A stretch of DNA of 64,000 bases from an uncultured Lachnospiraceae bacterium (GCA_964368755.1 CAYJCR010000004.1:1886-65885); one strand, 5' to 3'. Positions 53,400 through 64,000 are shown, numbered from the stretch's first letter. The notes: generated by a model from the sequence alone, not told the origin. Program-made: numbers and translations.

Positions 53400-55487
53400 A
53401 TGAAAAAAGGTAGTATTTTTGAAACTACAGTTGGCGGAAGAAAGCTCACTGTAGAGATCGGTAAGTACGCAGAGCAAGCCAATGGTTCATGTTTCGTTCG
53501 TTGTGGAGAAACTGTTGTTCAAGCCAACGTTACTATGGCCAAAGACCCAAGACCTGGCATTGATTTCTTCCCACTCGGAGTTGACTTCGAAGAGAAGATG
53601 TATGCCGTAGGTAAGATCCCTGGTGGATTTAAGAAGAGAGAAGGAAGACCAAGTGATAAAGCAATACTTACATCACGTCTTATTGATAGACCATTAAGAC
53701 CATTGTTCCCAAAAGGATTTTACAATGATGTCGCTGTTGTAACTACTGCATTGTCAGTAGATAGCAATATCGCTCCAGAGCCACTTGCTATGATAGCATC
53801 ATCAGTAGCATTGTCTATATCAGACATTCCATTTGCTGGTCCAACAGGATCTGTTGCAGTTGGTCTTATTGATGGCAAATATATCATCAACCCAGACAAC
53901 GAGCAGAGAGAAAAGAGCGAGATGTATGTATACGTAAGTGGTACATCAGAAGCAATACTTATGGTTGAGGCTGGTGCAAAAGAAGTTAGCGAGAAACAAA
54001 TGCTTGGCGCTATAATGTTTGCTCATGAAGAGATCAAGAAGATTGTTGAGTTCCAGAACAAGATTGTTAAGAAGATTGGCAAAGATAAGAATACCAAAGT
54101 TAAGATTATGTTGCCAGATGAGAAGATTAACAGTGATGTTAGAGAGTTCAGCACCAAGTTGTTAGAGAAAGTTTATAGCAACTATGATAGAGATAAGAGA
54201 AAGGCAGCTCAAGAAGAAGCAGAAGAGAAGATTTTTGAGCATTTTGCAGACATCTATCCAGAAGATACTAAGACTATTGGAGAGATCCTTAATAAGTTAG
54301 CCAAAGAGATCGTAAGAGAGAAGATCCTAACTAAGGGTGTTCGTCCAGATGGAAGAAAGCTCGACGAGATTAGACCTATTTGGTGTGAAGTTGGTATCTT
54401 ACCAAGAGTACACGGTAGTGCTGTATTTACTCGTGGTCAGACACAAGCCCTCACTACATGTACTTTGGGTACAATAAGTGAAGTGCAGAAACTTGAAGGT
54501 CTTGATGATGAAGACGCAAAGAGATACATTCACCATTACAATATGCCTCCTTATGCTACTGGCGAAGCTAGACAGCTTAAGAGCCCAGGACGTAGAGAGA
54601 TAGGTCATGGTGCATTGGCAGAAAGAGCCCTAGAGCCAGTTATACCAAGTGAGGAAGAGTTCCCATATGCACTTAGACTTGTATCAGAAGTTTTGTCTTC
54701 TAACGGTTCTTCTTCTATGGCTAGTACTTGTGGTTCAACACTCGCTCTTATGGATGCAGGTGTTCCAATCAAAGCTCCAGTTGCTGGTATTGCAATGGGA
54801 CTTATCAAAGATCCAAACTCTAAGAAAGTAGCAGTTCTAAGTGATATTCAAGGTCTTGAAGATTTTTATGGCGATATGGACTTCAAAGTAACTGGTACTG
54901 AGAAAGGTATCACAGCTATCCAGATGGATATTAAGATCAAAGGTATCGATGAGAATATCCTAAAGACAGCTTTGGAACAAGCTAGACTTGGTAGAATGCA
55001 TATCCTAGGCATTATGCTCAAGACTATCAAAGAGCCACGCAAAGAGTTATCAAAATATGCTCCTAAGATCATATCTTTCAACATTGACCCTGATAAGATC
55101 AGAGATGTCATTGGTACTGGTGGTAAGGTAATCAACAAGATTATCGAAGAAACAGGTGTTAAGATTGATATTGATGACAATGGACTAGTATTCATCGCAT
55201 CAATTGATGACAAGATGGCTGCTAAGGCAAAGAGTATTATCCTTGGTATTACAGAAGATCTTGAAGCAGGTAAGACTTACGAAGGCAAAGTTGTAAGAAT
55301 AATGCAATTTGGCGCTTTTGTTGAAGTTGCTCCTGGCAAAGATGGAATGATACATATATCTAAGCTCGCTAAAGAAAGAGTAGAGAAAGTAACTGATATT
55401 GTTAATATTGGCGATACAGTTAAGGTCGAAGTTCTCAAAGTTGACGAGAAAGGTAGAGTAGACTTCAAACTTGTTAAGAAACTATAA
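53400..55487 (+). CDS. pnp: Polyribonucleotide nucleotidyltransferase (PNPase)
   Basis: Two RNase PH domains (GRREIGHGALAERAL), a KH domain (VIGTGGKVINKIIEETG) and a C-terminal S1 domain (YEGKVVRIMQFGAFVEV). Confidence 0.96.
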   Translation: MKKGSIFETTVGGRKLTVEIGKYAEQANGSCFVRCGETVVQANVTMAKDPRPGIDFFPLGVDFEEKMYAVGKIPGGFKKREGRPSDKAILTSRLIDRPLRPLFPKGFYNDVAVVTTALSVDSNIAPEPLAMIASSVALSISDIPFAGPTGSVAVGLIDGKYIINPDNEQREKSEMYVYVSGTSEAILMVEAGAKEVSEKQMLGAIMFAHEEIKKIVEFQNKIVKKIGKDKNTKVKIMLPDEKINSDVREFSTKLLEKVYSNYDRDKRKAAQEEAEEKIFEHFADIYPEDTKTIGEILNKLAKEIVREKILTKGVRPDGRKLDEIRPIWCEVGILPRVHGSAVFTRGQTQALTTCTLGTISEVQKLEGLDDEDAKRYIHHYNMPPYATGEARQLKSPGRREIGHGALAERALEPVIPSEEEFPYALRLVSEVLSSNGSSSMASTCGSTLALMDAGVPIKAPVAGIAMGLIKDPNSKKVAVLSDIQGLEDFYGDMDFKVTGTEKGITAIQMDIKIKGIDENILKTALEQARLGRMHILGIMLKTIKEPRKELSKYAPKIISFNIDPDKIRDVIGTGGKVINKIIEETGVKIDIDDNGLVFIASIDDKMAAKAKSIILGITEDLEAGKTYEGKVVRIMQFGAFVEVAPGKDGMIHISKLAKERVEKVTDIVNIGDTVKVEVLKVDEKGRVDFKLVKKL

Positions 55488-55496
55488 TAGATGAAT

Positions 55497-55524
55497 AAAA
55501 CACCAGCTATCTGGTGTTTTTTTT
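55497..55524 (+). terminator. Intrinsic terminator after pnp
   Basis: Stem ACACCAG / CTGGTGT, loop CTAT, T8. Confidence 0.8.
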
Positions 55525-55590
55525 ATGCAAATAACGAGAACTGTCTCATAATTTGATATCAAATTACATAGAATGTAAGGGAGAAGAATT

Positions 55591-56319
55591 ATGAAAGTTT
55601 TTGTAATAAATAAAAAAAGTTTTTTCTATACTATATCTACGATTGTGATTGTTGTGGTACTTGCGATAACCGGTATTGTCGCTTTTGTATCTCCAATCCA
55701 AGTTGTAAGTGCAAGCAATTCTTTGGGTGCAATATACAAAGGCGATGAAAGTACCAACAATGTCTCGATTATGATCAATGTATATTGGGGTAATGAATAT
55801 ATCGAACCCATCTTAGATATTCTTGATCAAAACAATGTCAAAGCGACATTCTTCGTAGGTGGTAGTTGGGTAGCAAGAAATAATGATGTGTTACAAGCAA
55901 TATTTAATCGTGGACACGAAATCGGCAATCATGGATATAATCATCTTGACCATACTACACTTGGCGATGCTATCCAAAAGAAAGAGATTGAATCGAACCA
56001 TTCGTTAGTAAAAGAACTGATAGGTGTAGATATGACGGTATTTGCACCACCATCTGGTGCGTATAATAAGAAAACAGTAGAGATTGCCACTAGTCTAGGT
56101 TATAGTACCATTATGTGGAGTAAGGATACGATCGATTGGAGAGATAAAGACAGCACTTTGATATATTCTAGAGCTGTTAAGGATATCTCTAATGGAGACT
56201 TAATACTTATGCATCCAACAGAGAAGACTGTTGAGGCATTGCCTGATATTATCAAGACAATTAAGAATAACGGCTACAATCTTGTAACTGTAAGTCAAAA
56301 TATAAATATTAGTATATAA
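55591..56319 (+). CDS. Polysaccharide deacetylase (NodB domain), YlxY-like
   Basis: N-terminal TM anchor and NodB motifs TFFVGGSW, HEIGNHGYNH, LILMHP. Same position after pnp as B. subtilis ylxY. Confidence 0.85.
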   Translation: MKVFVINKKSFFYTISTIVIVVVLAITGIVAFVSPIQVVSASNSLGAIYKGDESTNNVSIMINVYWGNEYIEPILDILDQNNVKATFFVGGSWVARNNDVLQAIFNRGHEIGNHGYNHLDHTTLGDAIQKKEIESNHSLVKELIGVDMTVFAPPSGAYNKKTVEIATSLGYSTIMWSKDTIDWRDKDSTLIYSRAVKDISNGDLILMHPTEKTVEALPDIIKTIKNNGYNLVTVSQNINISI

Positions 56320-56389
56320 TTGTGTAAATCGTTTAATAATAGTTTTCGTTTGTGATAAAATAACTATTGAAAAACATCTAAGGGAGCAT

Positions 56390-57661
56390 ATGATGACTGC
56401 TATTCTAAAAACATTAAAGACAGGGTTGAGAGTAATCAACGAATATGATGCCAACAAGGCAGGAGCAAGTGTGTTGATACATATCAAAGCCGGTTCTATG
56501 TATGAGACTGATGCAAATAGTGGCATATCTCACTTGATAGAACATATGCTATTCAAAGGTACAACTGCACGAACTAGCCAACAGATAACTGAGGAGTTCG
56601 AGAATATCGGCGCAAGCATTAACGCATATACAAAGTCAGAAAGTACGTGTTTTTATGCCACAGCACTTGAAGAGAATATCGAGAAGTGTTGTGAGATATT
56701 CGCTGATATGATATATAATTCTTCCTTTGATGAGAATGAACTTGCCAAAGAGAAGAAGGTAGTCTATGAAGAGATGGCTATGTACAATGATGACCCAGGA
56801 AGTGTTGCGTTTGACGAGTTTCAGAGATTGTTCTACAAAGGCACATATCTCGAAAGACCAATTATCGGTAATAAAAAGAGCGTATCTGCTATTACCTCCG
56901 AAGATTGTAAATCATATACTAGCAAATACTATGTTGAGCCTAATATAATTATTTCTTTTGCAGGTGGCGTAACTGATGAAAAAGCCATGAAGTTAGCCAA
57001 AAAATACTTTAATAAGTCCAAGGTTAATCAATCACCCAATATTGCCGTGTCTACTGATAGAACATTGTTGTCACCCAAGATGGCTTTTTCTGCTAAGAAA
57101 AAAGATGTCAATCAAGCATGGGTTGTCATTGGATTCCCTGCACATAACAACCTATCTGGGCTCAAATCAACATACTCTCTTATAGACTTTGTCCTTGGTG
57201 AAGGTATGAGTTCAAAGTTATTCCAGAAAGTTAGGGAAGAGCTTGGACTTGTGTATAGTATACATGCATACACCGAACAAAGTGCTATTGGGGGAGCAAT
57301 GATGATACTATTTGGTACCAACAACGATAGTGCTGGCAAGGCCATTCAGACAGTAAAGAATGTGCTAGATGACATTGTTGCCAATGGCATATCTCAGACA
57401 GAATATGAGAGGGCTCGTACATACAAGAAGACTTCGGTAGTTTTCTCATCAGAGACGACTATCAACATAGCAAGAAAAAATGCAGATTATGTCGCAATAT
57501 ATAACAGGACATATGACGTCCAGAGTAGAATAGAAGATCTAGAAAAAGTTTCAATTAAGCAAATAAATAACACCATTGCTGATATATTCAACACAAAAAA
57601 TATTTGTGGAGCGATAGTAAGTAATGCTCCTAAGTTGAAGGTATTTGAACCATTAAAGTAA
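56390..57661 (+). CDS. M16-family zinc peptidase (MlpA/YmxG-like)
   Basis: Inverted zinc motif GISHLIEHMLFKGT (HxxEH) and a downstream E in EMAMY. 423 aa. Confidence 0.88.
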   Translation: MMTAILKTLKTGLRVINEYDANKAGASVLIHIKAGSMYETDANSGISHLIEHMLFKGTTARTSQQITEEFENIGASINAYTKSESTCFYATALEENIEKCCEIFADMIYNSSFDENELAKEKKVVYEEMAMYNDDPGSVAFDEFQRLFYKGTYLERPIIGNKKSVSAITSEDCKSYTSKYYVEPNIIISFAGGVTDEKAMKLAKKYFNKSKVNQSPNIAVSTDRTLLSPKMAFSAKKKDVNQAWVVIGFPAHNNLSGLKSTYSLIDFVLGEGMSSKLFQKVREELGLVYSIHAYTEQSAIGGAMMILFGTNNDSAGKAIQTVKNVLDDIVANGISQTEYERARTYKKTSVVFSSETTINIARKNADYVAIYNRTYDVQSRIEDLEKVSIKQINNTIADIFNTKNICGAIVSNAPKLKVFEPLK

Positions 57662-57677
57662 CACTTATATCATAATG

Positions 57678-57706
57678 CTGAAGAGATTTTTCTCTTCAGT
57701 TTTTTT
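57678..57706 (+). terminator. Intrinsic terminator after M16 peptidase gene
   Basis: Stem CTGAAGAGA / TCTCTTCAG, loop TTTT, T7. Confidence 0.8.
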
Positions 57707-57824
57707 ATTATCAATTTATCTTTTGTTAAATAATAGTAAATTATTGAAGGCATTTTGTTTGTATTATAATTATATAATATGGTATACTTATTGTAGCAAT
57801 TAAGGATATAAAAGGGGTAGACTC

Positions 57825-60593
57825 TTGAGTAAACAATCGTTGAGTTCTAGATTATCAAAAGGTCAAATAGTTGGGATTGTTCTTCTTGCGATTTCGATTG
57901 CTGTATTACTATTCTCGATCTTCAATTTTTTACCAATTCTTAATAAGTTTTTTCTTGGCACATTTGGTGCTGTATTGTATCCTGCAATGGCATTCTTGAT
58001 ACTTATTTCTATTGCATTGCTTATGAAGAAACATTTTGTATATTCAATTAAGTATGTCCTATACTTGATTGGTGCTTTTGTATGCATATTAGCAATTATT
58101 CATACTATTGTGACAGCCAAGTGGGCTGGGTTAAATTATGGCGATTATTTAGTTAATTGCTATGACTTTAAGTATACTCCTGGTGGATTGATACTTGGTA
58201 TTATTACATTTCCAATAATGAGTCTTCTTAATAGTGTAGCAGGCTGTGTATTCTACGCAATTGCACTTGCGATATTTGTAGCACTTATTATTGATTATCT
58301 CTACGCAGTCAAACAGTTCGCCAAATTGAATGCTCCTATTGTCGTCGATACTCAGAGCGAACCAGTTATTGATACATTACCACAACCAATCGAAGTGGAG
58401 ACAGAGAGTTCTGCCTTTGATTTTTCGGCACTTCAGAAGAATGAATATTCACAAAAAACGAATGAACCCTTACAACAAAATCAAGACAATATTCTTGTCA
58501 AAAAGAAGCTTGGGCTTATCAAAGATGATCCAAGCGATATAATTATACCAAGCAGGAAGGATAAAACTCGTAATCTAACTCCATCTGAACAATTATTTGG
58601 AGCCAAAGAAGAAGTCAAGCAAGAATGGCTTAACAAGACTATATCTATGCCTAAGCAAGAGCCTAAACAAGTACCTAAGCAAGACGATAAGAATGTTAAG
58701 TTGAGAGAGTTCCTTCAAGCTACTGGTTATCAATCCAACAATAACATTGATCCTATTATTACCAATACGAACATATCGACTCAAACTCCTTCACAAGAGA
58801 TAGAAGATCTTCCTAAGATAGAGAATGCCGGCGATAACTCACAATACAAGCCAAAGAAATTGGTTGAAGAGAATATAAACAACCAAAGGTATATATCGCC
58901 TGATATGGGCAAGAGTTTGATACAGCCTAAGACTAATAACAATAACTTTACATCTCGTATGGAAGAGAACGAGAAAGATAAGGTTCTTGGTCAACAGTCA
59001 AAGGTCGAGAGTTCTTTGAATAAGAACTATGGCATAGGTCCATCTAAGCCAAAGAACAATTTCGAGCAGATACAGATGATTGGTGCTGAGAAGAATAAAA
59101 AACCTCTTCCACCAATAATGGCTAAGGCACTCAATTATAAGAGACCACCTGTAGAATTGTTGAATAAAGTAGAAGTTGATTATCAAGAGTTTGCAACTGA
59201 ACAAGCAGAGAAATCTGCCGTTATTGAGAAGACTCTCGACAACTTCAAGATTCCTGTCCAAGTACAAGCTGTCAGAAGAGGTGCTGCTGTCACTCGATAT
59301 GAACTCAAGATGCCTACTGGTATACCTGTCAAGAAGATTAACAACCATTGCGAAGACATAGAACTTGCTTTAGCTTCAAAGGGTAGTATACGTATAGAGA
59401 CTCCTATCCGCGGCAAGAGTGCCGTAGGTATAGAAGTACCAAATGACAAGATAGATATGGTAACATTGCGTGATATTGTCGAATCCAAAGAATTTAATGC
59501 TAACCAATCTCCACTTGCGTTTGCTTTGGGCAAAGATGTCGATGGTAAAGTATTTACTTGTAATCTTGCCAAGATGCCACACTTACTTGTTGCTGGTGCT
59601 ACCAACTCTGGTAAGAGTGTGTGCCTCAATGCTTTGCTAATCAGTTTGATATATAGAACAGCACCAGAGGATTTGAGATTGATCTTGATTGATCCTAAGC
59701 GTGTTGAGTTCACAAGTTACAATGATCTACCTCATTTGATTTTGCCTAAAGTCATCACCGAGCCACAGAAGGCAATCAATGCTTTTGATTGGCTTATAAA
59801 TGAGATGGAGAGGCGTTATGGGGTATTCGAAGAGAACTGCGTAGTCAATATCTCCGGATACAATTCGTTACCAGGTGTTGTCAATGGCACAATGGTCAAG
59901 ATGGGATATATAGTTATGGTAGTCGATGAACTTGCTGACCTAATGGCATCTGGCAACAAAAAGGAACTTGAGAACAAGATCGTACGTTTGGTTCAGAAAG
60001 CTAGAGCTGCGGGTATCCATATTGTCCTTGCAACTCAAAGACCATCAGTTGATGTCATTACAGGTACTATCAAAGCCAATCTTCCTTCAAGAATTGCTTT
60101 TGCTGTCACTAACTATATTGACTCCAAGACAATACTTGACCAAGGTGGTGCAGAGAAGCTTCTTGGTCGTGGTGATATGTTGTATTCTCCAAGTGATAGT
60201 GAGCCTACAAGAGTTCAAGGTGCATACGTATCCAATGAAGAAGTGCAAGCAGTAGTCGAATATATCAAGGCGAACAACTCAACTATATACGATGAGAGTA
60301 TTGCCAATGCAATCAACAAAGAAGGTACTGATGGCGTGAGTGCTGGCAGTGCTGGTGGAGCAAGTCAGGATCTTGATCCATTATTCGTAGATTGTCTAAG
60401 GCTTGTTGTAGAGACTGGTCAAGTATCTATATCAATGCTACAGAGGAGATTCTCATTAGGATTTTCGAGAGCTGCACGTATTGTTGACCAAATGGAACTT
60501 GCGAAGTTTATATCCCCATCAGAGGGTGGCAAACCACGTAATGTCTATATGACAAAAGAAGAATTTGAATCTGCATATGGAGGTCAAGATTGA
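57825..60593 (+). CDS. ftsK: DNA translocase FtsK/SpoIIIE (TTG start)
   Basis: N-terminal 4-5 TM domain and a roughly 250-aa Gln/Asn/Pro/Lys-rich linker. Motor domain with Walker A GATNSGKSV and Walker B VVDELADLM. C-terminal gamma domain ISMLQRRFSLGFSRAARIVDQME. Confidence 0.93.
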   Translation: MSKQSLSSRLSKGQIVGIVLLAISIAVLLFSIFNFLPILNKFFLGTFGAVLYPAMAFLILISIALLMKKHFVYSIKYVLYLIGAFVCILAIIHTIVTAKWAGLNYGDYLVNCYDFKYTPGGLILGIITFPIMSLLNSVAGCVFYAIALAIFVALIIDYLYAVKQFAKLNAPIVVDTQSEPVIDTLPQPIEVETESSAFDFSALQKNEYSQKTNEPLQQNQDNILVKKKLGLIKDDPSDIIIPSRKDKTRNLTPSEQLFGAKEEVKQEWLNKTISMPKQEPKQVPKQDDKNVKLREFLQATGYQSNNNIDPIITNTNISTQTPSQEIEDLPKIENAGDNSQYKPKKLVEENINNQRYISPDMGKSLIQPKTNNNNFTSRMEENEKDKVLGQQSKVESSLNKNYGIGPSKPKNNFEQIQMIGAEKNKKPLPPIMAKALNYKRPPVELLNKVEVDYQEFATEQAEKSAVIEKTLDNFKIPVQVQAVRRGAAVTRYELKMPTGIPVKKINNHCEDIELALASKGSIRIETPIRGKSAVGIEVPNDKIDMVTLRDIVESKEFNANQSPLAFALGKDVDGKVFTCNLAKMPHLLVAGATNSGKSVCLNALLISLIYRTAPEDLRLILIDPKRVEFTSYNDLPHLILPKVITEPQKAINAFDWLINEMERRYGVFEENCVVNISGYNSLPGVVNGTMVKMGYIVMVVDELADLMASGNKKELENKIVRLVQKARAAGIHIVLATQRPSVDVITGTIKANLPSRIAFAVTNYIDSKTILDQGGAEKLLGRGDMLYSPSDSEPTRVQGAYVSNEEVQAVVEYIKANNSTIYDESIANAINKEGTDGVSAGSAGGASQDLDPLFVDCLRLVVETGQVSISMLQRRFSLGFSRAARIVDQMELAKFISPSEGGKPRNVYMTKEEFESAYGGQD

Positions 60594-61891
60594 ACAAAAG
60601 ATACATAAGTCTAATCAGCCTTGGCTGTGACAAGAATAGAGTTGATGCAGAATATATCCTAGGTAATCTCAAAAGTAATGGATTTGTTATCACAAATGAC
60701 TTAGAACAAGCTCAGATAATAATAGTTAATACATGTGCTTTCTTAGCATCAGCTAGGGAAGAGTCAATAGATACTATACTTGATTGTATTAAATACAAGT
60801 CAAACAAACTCGAGAAGTTGATAGTAACTGGATGTTTGAGTCAACTTGGTATTGAAGAATTAAAATCAGCGCTCCCAGAAGTAGATGCCTTTGTCCCAAT
60901 CGATGATAATGACAAGATAGTGGAGATAATCAATAAACTTTATGGTGAGACAAATCTTCCTAAGGCCGTCCATAACAGAATACTTAGCACTCCCAAGCAT
61001 TATGCATACCTTAAGATTGCCGATGGTTGTAACAATTTTTGTACTTATTGCAAAATACCGTATATAAGAGGTAGGTATTATTCAATACCGATGGAGCAGA
61101 TTGTTGCTGAGGCAACAGATCTAGTAGCGCAAGGAGTCAAAGAACTGATAGTAGTTGCTCAAGATGTAACAAATTACGGTCAAGATCTATACTCGAAGCC
61201 AATGCTTGTTCAACTTCTTCGCAAACTAAGTGAGATTGATGGTATTGAATGGATACGATTACATTATTGTTACCCTGACAAAATAACTGAAGAACTGATT
61301 GATGAGATAGCCCATAACGATAAGATAGTAAAGTATATAGATATGCCTTTGCAACATATATCTGACAATATATTGTCTAAGATGGGTAGACATATCTTCT
61401 CACAACAGATACAAGAATTGATAGATAATATAAGAGCAAAGATACCTGACATTGTCATACGTACAACTCTAATGGTAGGTTTTCCAAATGAGAAACATAA
61501 TGACTTTGTCAGATTATGTGATTTCTTAAAAAGTAACAAACTTGAGCTTGTTGGATTCTTTGCATATAGCAGAGAAGAAGGTACACGTTCTTATCAGATG
61601 AGACATCAAGTACCTACGATAGTCAAAAAGTTAAGACTTAAGAAGATAGAAAAGTTACAAGAATCCATATCTCATAACAATCTCGTGAATATGCTAGATA
61701 ATACATATAAAGTGCTAGTTGATAGGTTTGATGACCAAACAAATCAGTACTTTGGCAGGAATTATATGTTTTCACCAAATGTTGATTACGAAATATGTTT
61801 CTATTCGGACAAAAAAGTCAAGATAGGAAGTTTCGTGAACATAAAAATTACACAAATAAACAAAAATTATTTAATAGGAGAAAAAGTATGA
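60590..61891 (+). CDS. rimO: Ribosomal protein S12 methylthiotransferase RimO (TTG start, TTGA overlap with ftsK)
   Basis: ISLISLGCDKNRVDAE N-terminal domain, radical-SAM CNNFCTYCKIPYIRG, C-terminal TRAM domain. Confidence 0.88.
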   Translation: MNKRYISLISLGCDKNRVDAEYILGNLKSNGFVITNDLEQAQIIIVNTCAFLASAREESIDTILDCIKYKSNKLEKLIVTGCLSQLGIEELKSALPEVDAFVPIDDNDKIVEIINKLYGETNLPKAVHNRILSTPKHYAYLKIADGCNNFCTYCKIPYIRGRYYSIPMEQIVAEATDLVAQGVKELIVVAQDVTNYGQDLYSKPMLVQLLRKLSEIDGIEWIRLHYCYPDKITEELIDEIAHNDKIVKYIDMPLQHISDNILSKMGRHIFSQQIQELIDNIRAKIPDIVIRTTLMVGFPNEKHNDFVRLCDFLKSNKLELVGFFAYSREEGTRSYQMRHQVPTIVKKLRLKKIEKLQESISHNNLVNMLDNTYKVLVDRFDDQTNQYFGRNYMFSPNVDYEICFYSDKKVKIGSFVNIKITQINKNYLIGEKV

Positions 61892-62466
61892 ACACACCAA
61901 ACAAAATTTCATTAACAAGAATAATAGGTATCCCAGTAATGGTATTTTTCTATCTTGCTTCATTTGTCCCTTATGGCAAAGCTATAGCATTAGTTGTCTT
62001 TTCTTTGACTGCATTGACAGATTTTCTTGATGGATATCTTGCTAGGAAGAACAATCAAGTTACAGATTTGGGCAAGTTCCTTGACCCAATCGCAGACAAG
62101 TTGTTGATGGCAACGGGTTTGTTATTAATATTGGCTGACGGCACTATGGTTAATCCATATGGCATAATAATGGTCATTATCATTATCGCAAGAGAGTTCA
62201 TGGTAAGTGCTTTGAGACAAATTGCTGCAACTAAAAAAATTGTTATGGCAGCAGATATGTGGGGAAAGGTTAAAGCAAACTTCCAACCAGTAGCAGTTGC
62301 TATGTTTATGATGCTTGCAGTACATAATATGTATCCTTTCTTAGGTGGATTCACATTCGCATACACAGTAATATGTTATGTATTTATGGGCATTGCAACA
62401 GCACTTACAATTATTTCAGGTGTTAATTATTTGGTTAAGAATAGAGAAGTATTTAAGGAAAAATAA
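61888..62466 (+). CDS. pgsA: CDP-diacylglycerol--glycerol-3-phosphate 3-phosphatidyltransferase
   Basis: Start at ATG 61888 (MNTPNKISLTRI; RBS AGGAGAAAAAG), giving an ATGA overlap with rimO. CDP-alcohol motif DFLDGYLARKNNQVTDLGKFLDPIADK. Confidence 0.9.
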   Translation: MNTPNKISLTRIIGIPVMVFFYLASFVPYGKAIALVVFSLTALTDFLDGYLARKNNQVTDLGKFLDPIADKLLMATGLLLILADGTMVNPYGIIMVIIIIAREFMVSALRQIAATKKIVMAADMWGKVKANFQPVAVAMFMMLAVHNMYPFLGGFTFAYTVICYVFMGIATALTIISGVNYLVKNREVFKEK

Positions 62467-63719
62467 TGCAAATATCAGTACTAGTCATCAGTAATAATGA
62501 ATTGATTGCTACCAAGAAGAATGATAGCTGTTTTGATATCCTCTCCAACCTACACAAGAACGGGTTCATTATCAACTCGCAAGAGTATATCAAGATAGAT
62601 TATTCTAACATTTGCAATAGGATACTGAATGGTCTGTCTCAGAATGACTGTATACTTCTTTTAGTAGAGAATCAGATTGAGGCTAGCTTTGTTACAAAGA
62701 AAGCAATTGCAAAGCTTTTGTCTGATGAACTTGCTATCAATGAGTATGCAAAAAATAATATTGATGAATACTTCAAAGTGAACAATCTTCCTTATACCAA
62801 AGAAGGTAATACAGAGAGCTTCATGCCAAGAAAGGGTAGATGTATTACCAATCCTCTAGGTATAATGCAAGGTGGATTGTACGAGATAGATGGCAACAAA
62901 CAGATTATTATGATGCCACTTGAACATATGCAATTGCACAATATGTTCGTAAGTTCGGTGCTTCCATATCTTCTTGCTCAAGCCAATCAGAATGCTAATA
63001 CCTATATTTTCAAGACATTTGGACTAACGCAAGCTGAGATACTTTCTTTGTTGAAAGAAATGCGTAAGAATAAGCACAAGATCAATATTATTTGTAATGA
63101 GAAGCTTCTTGATGGTGAGATAATTATCGAGAATAATCCTAGAGTCAAGCAAGAGAATACTGATAGTATAGTTAGAGGAGTATTTTCTAGACTTGCAAAT
63201 AACGTATATTCAGAAGGTGATTATTCACTTACTGAGGTTACAAAAGATTTGTTGTTACTCAACAAATACACCTTTTCTACAGCAGAAGACATAACGGCTG
63301 GAAGAGTTGCTTCGGAGTTCTACAAGAACAACGATGAGTCGAGATTGTTATTACCAGAAGGATATATAGCAACAACCAATTTGGCAAAGACAAAACTACT
63401 TGGTGTGGACAAGCAGACCCTTGCAAGGACTAATAGCTTTGCGGACATTGGTTATGAGATGGCACTGGGTGCTTTAGAGAACTCAGGAACAGATTTTGTA
63501 GTATCAACAACAGGCTGTTTGGACAAAAATAATATAGATGAATATGGCCATTGTGCTATATGTGTTGGAAACATCAAGGGAATAAATGTATATAAGCATA
63601 TTTTCTCTGGTAGTAGGGATGAAATAATAGACAAAGCAACCAATGCTGCGTTTTTCCATTTAATAAAAAAGATGAAACAAAAAGATTTTCATTTTGACAA
63701 AACAAGTGATATAATCTAA
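62466..63719 (+). CDS. cinA: CinA-like protein (divergent MoCF-type N-domain + CinA/PncC-like C-domain)
   Basis: 417 aa between pgsA and recA, the position cinA holds in Bacillus. Overall layout fits. The C-domain motif reads STAEDITAGRVAS where canonical CinA has AESCTGG, so the assignment rests partly on synteny. Confidence 0.6.
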   Translation: MQISVLVISNNELIATKKNDSCFDILSNLHKNGFIINSQEYIKIDYSNICNRILNGLSQNDCILLLVENQIEASFVTKKAIAKLLSDELAINEYAKNNIDEYFKVNNLPYTKEGNTESFMPRKGRCITNPLGIMQGGLYEIDGNKQIIMMPLEHMQLHNMFVSSVLPYLLAQANQNANTYIFKTFGLTQAEILSLLKEMRKNKHKINIICNEKLLDGEIIIENNPRVKQENTDSIVRGVFSRLANNVYSEGDYSLTEVTKDLLLLNKYTFSTAEDITAGRVASEFYKNNDESRLLLPEGYIATTNLAKTKLLGVDKQTLARTNSFADIGYEMALGALENSGTDFVVSTTGCLDKNNIDEYGHCAICVGNIKGINVYKHIFSGSRDEIIDKATNAAFFHLIKKMKQKDFHFDKTSDII

Positions 63720-63759
63720 TAGTAATATTGTTATATAAATAAATCATAGGAGAAGTATT

Positions 63760-64000
63760 ATGGACGATAAACAAAAATTAATTGAACAAGCTATGCTACA
63801 GATTGAGAAACAATTCGGCAAAGGTTCTATTATGAAACTTGGCAGTGAGACCAAACAAAATGTAGCAGTTATCCCAACCGGTTGTCTTGTCCTCGACAAT
63901 GCATTAGGTATCGGTGGAGTTCCACGTGGCAGAGTCGTAGAGATATATGGACCAGAGTCTTCTGGTAAGACAACAGTATCTTTGCATATCATAGCTGAGG
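63760..64000 (+). CDS. recA: Recombinase RecA (3' end beyond window)
   Basis: [29 protein letters not shown]...[21 protein letters not shown] (Walker A). RBS AGGAGAAG. Confidence 0.95.
   Translation, partial: MDDKQKLIEQAMLQIEKQFGKGSIMKLGSETKQNVAVIPTGCLVLDNALGIGGVPRGRVVEIYGPESSGKTTVSLHIIAE

Overview
This 64 kb window comes from a low-GC Bacillota (Firmicutes) chromosome using standard code 11 (TGA acts as a stop, e.g. at the rsmE/mtaB ATGA overlap). About 58 of 61 coding genes are on the + strand. Most of it is housekeeping sequence whose order, as I recall it, follows several Bacillus subtilis blocks: dnaJ-rsmE-mtaB-rpsU, pcrA-ligA, rpoZ-priA-def-fmt-rsmB-rlmN-rsgA-rpe-yloU-yloV, ytxC-thrS-infC-rpmI-rplT, yebC-ruvCAB-queA-tgt-yajC-secDF-recJ, and rpsO-pnp-ylxY-mlpA-ftsK-rimO-pgsA-cinA-recA. 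RNA features are a tRNA operon (Val-Gly-Cys-Leu) with two partial tRNA-Gly copies, a Thr T-box leader, and an L20-type infC leader with an AUU start. I saw no rRNA, CRISPR array, transposase or integrase. Three accessory stretches deserve a second look. (1) 19.4-22.7 kb is an AT-rich patch next to the tRNAs with an adenosine-deaminase-like gene, a small deoxyribosyltransferase-like gene and a truncated pyrophosphatase-like gene. (2) 23.0-33.3 kb holds three tandem, mutually homologous 680-830 aa membrane-anchored proteins of no family I recognise, followed by a MacB/FtsX-type ABC transporter; this is my best candidate for an undescribed system. (3) 39.3-40.9 kb is an orphan two-gene minus-strand operon with a near-consensus promoter, wedged between yebC and ruvC. 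Functions of the unknown proteins cannot be decided from sequence alone.
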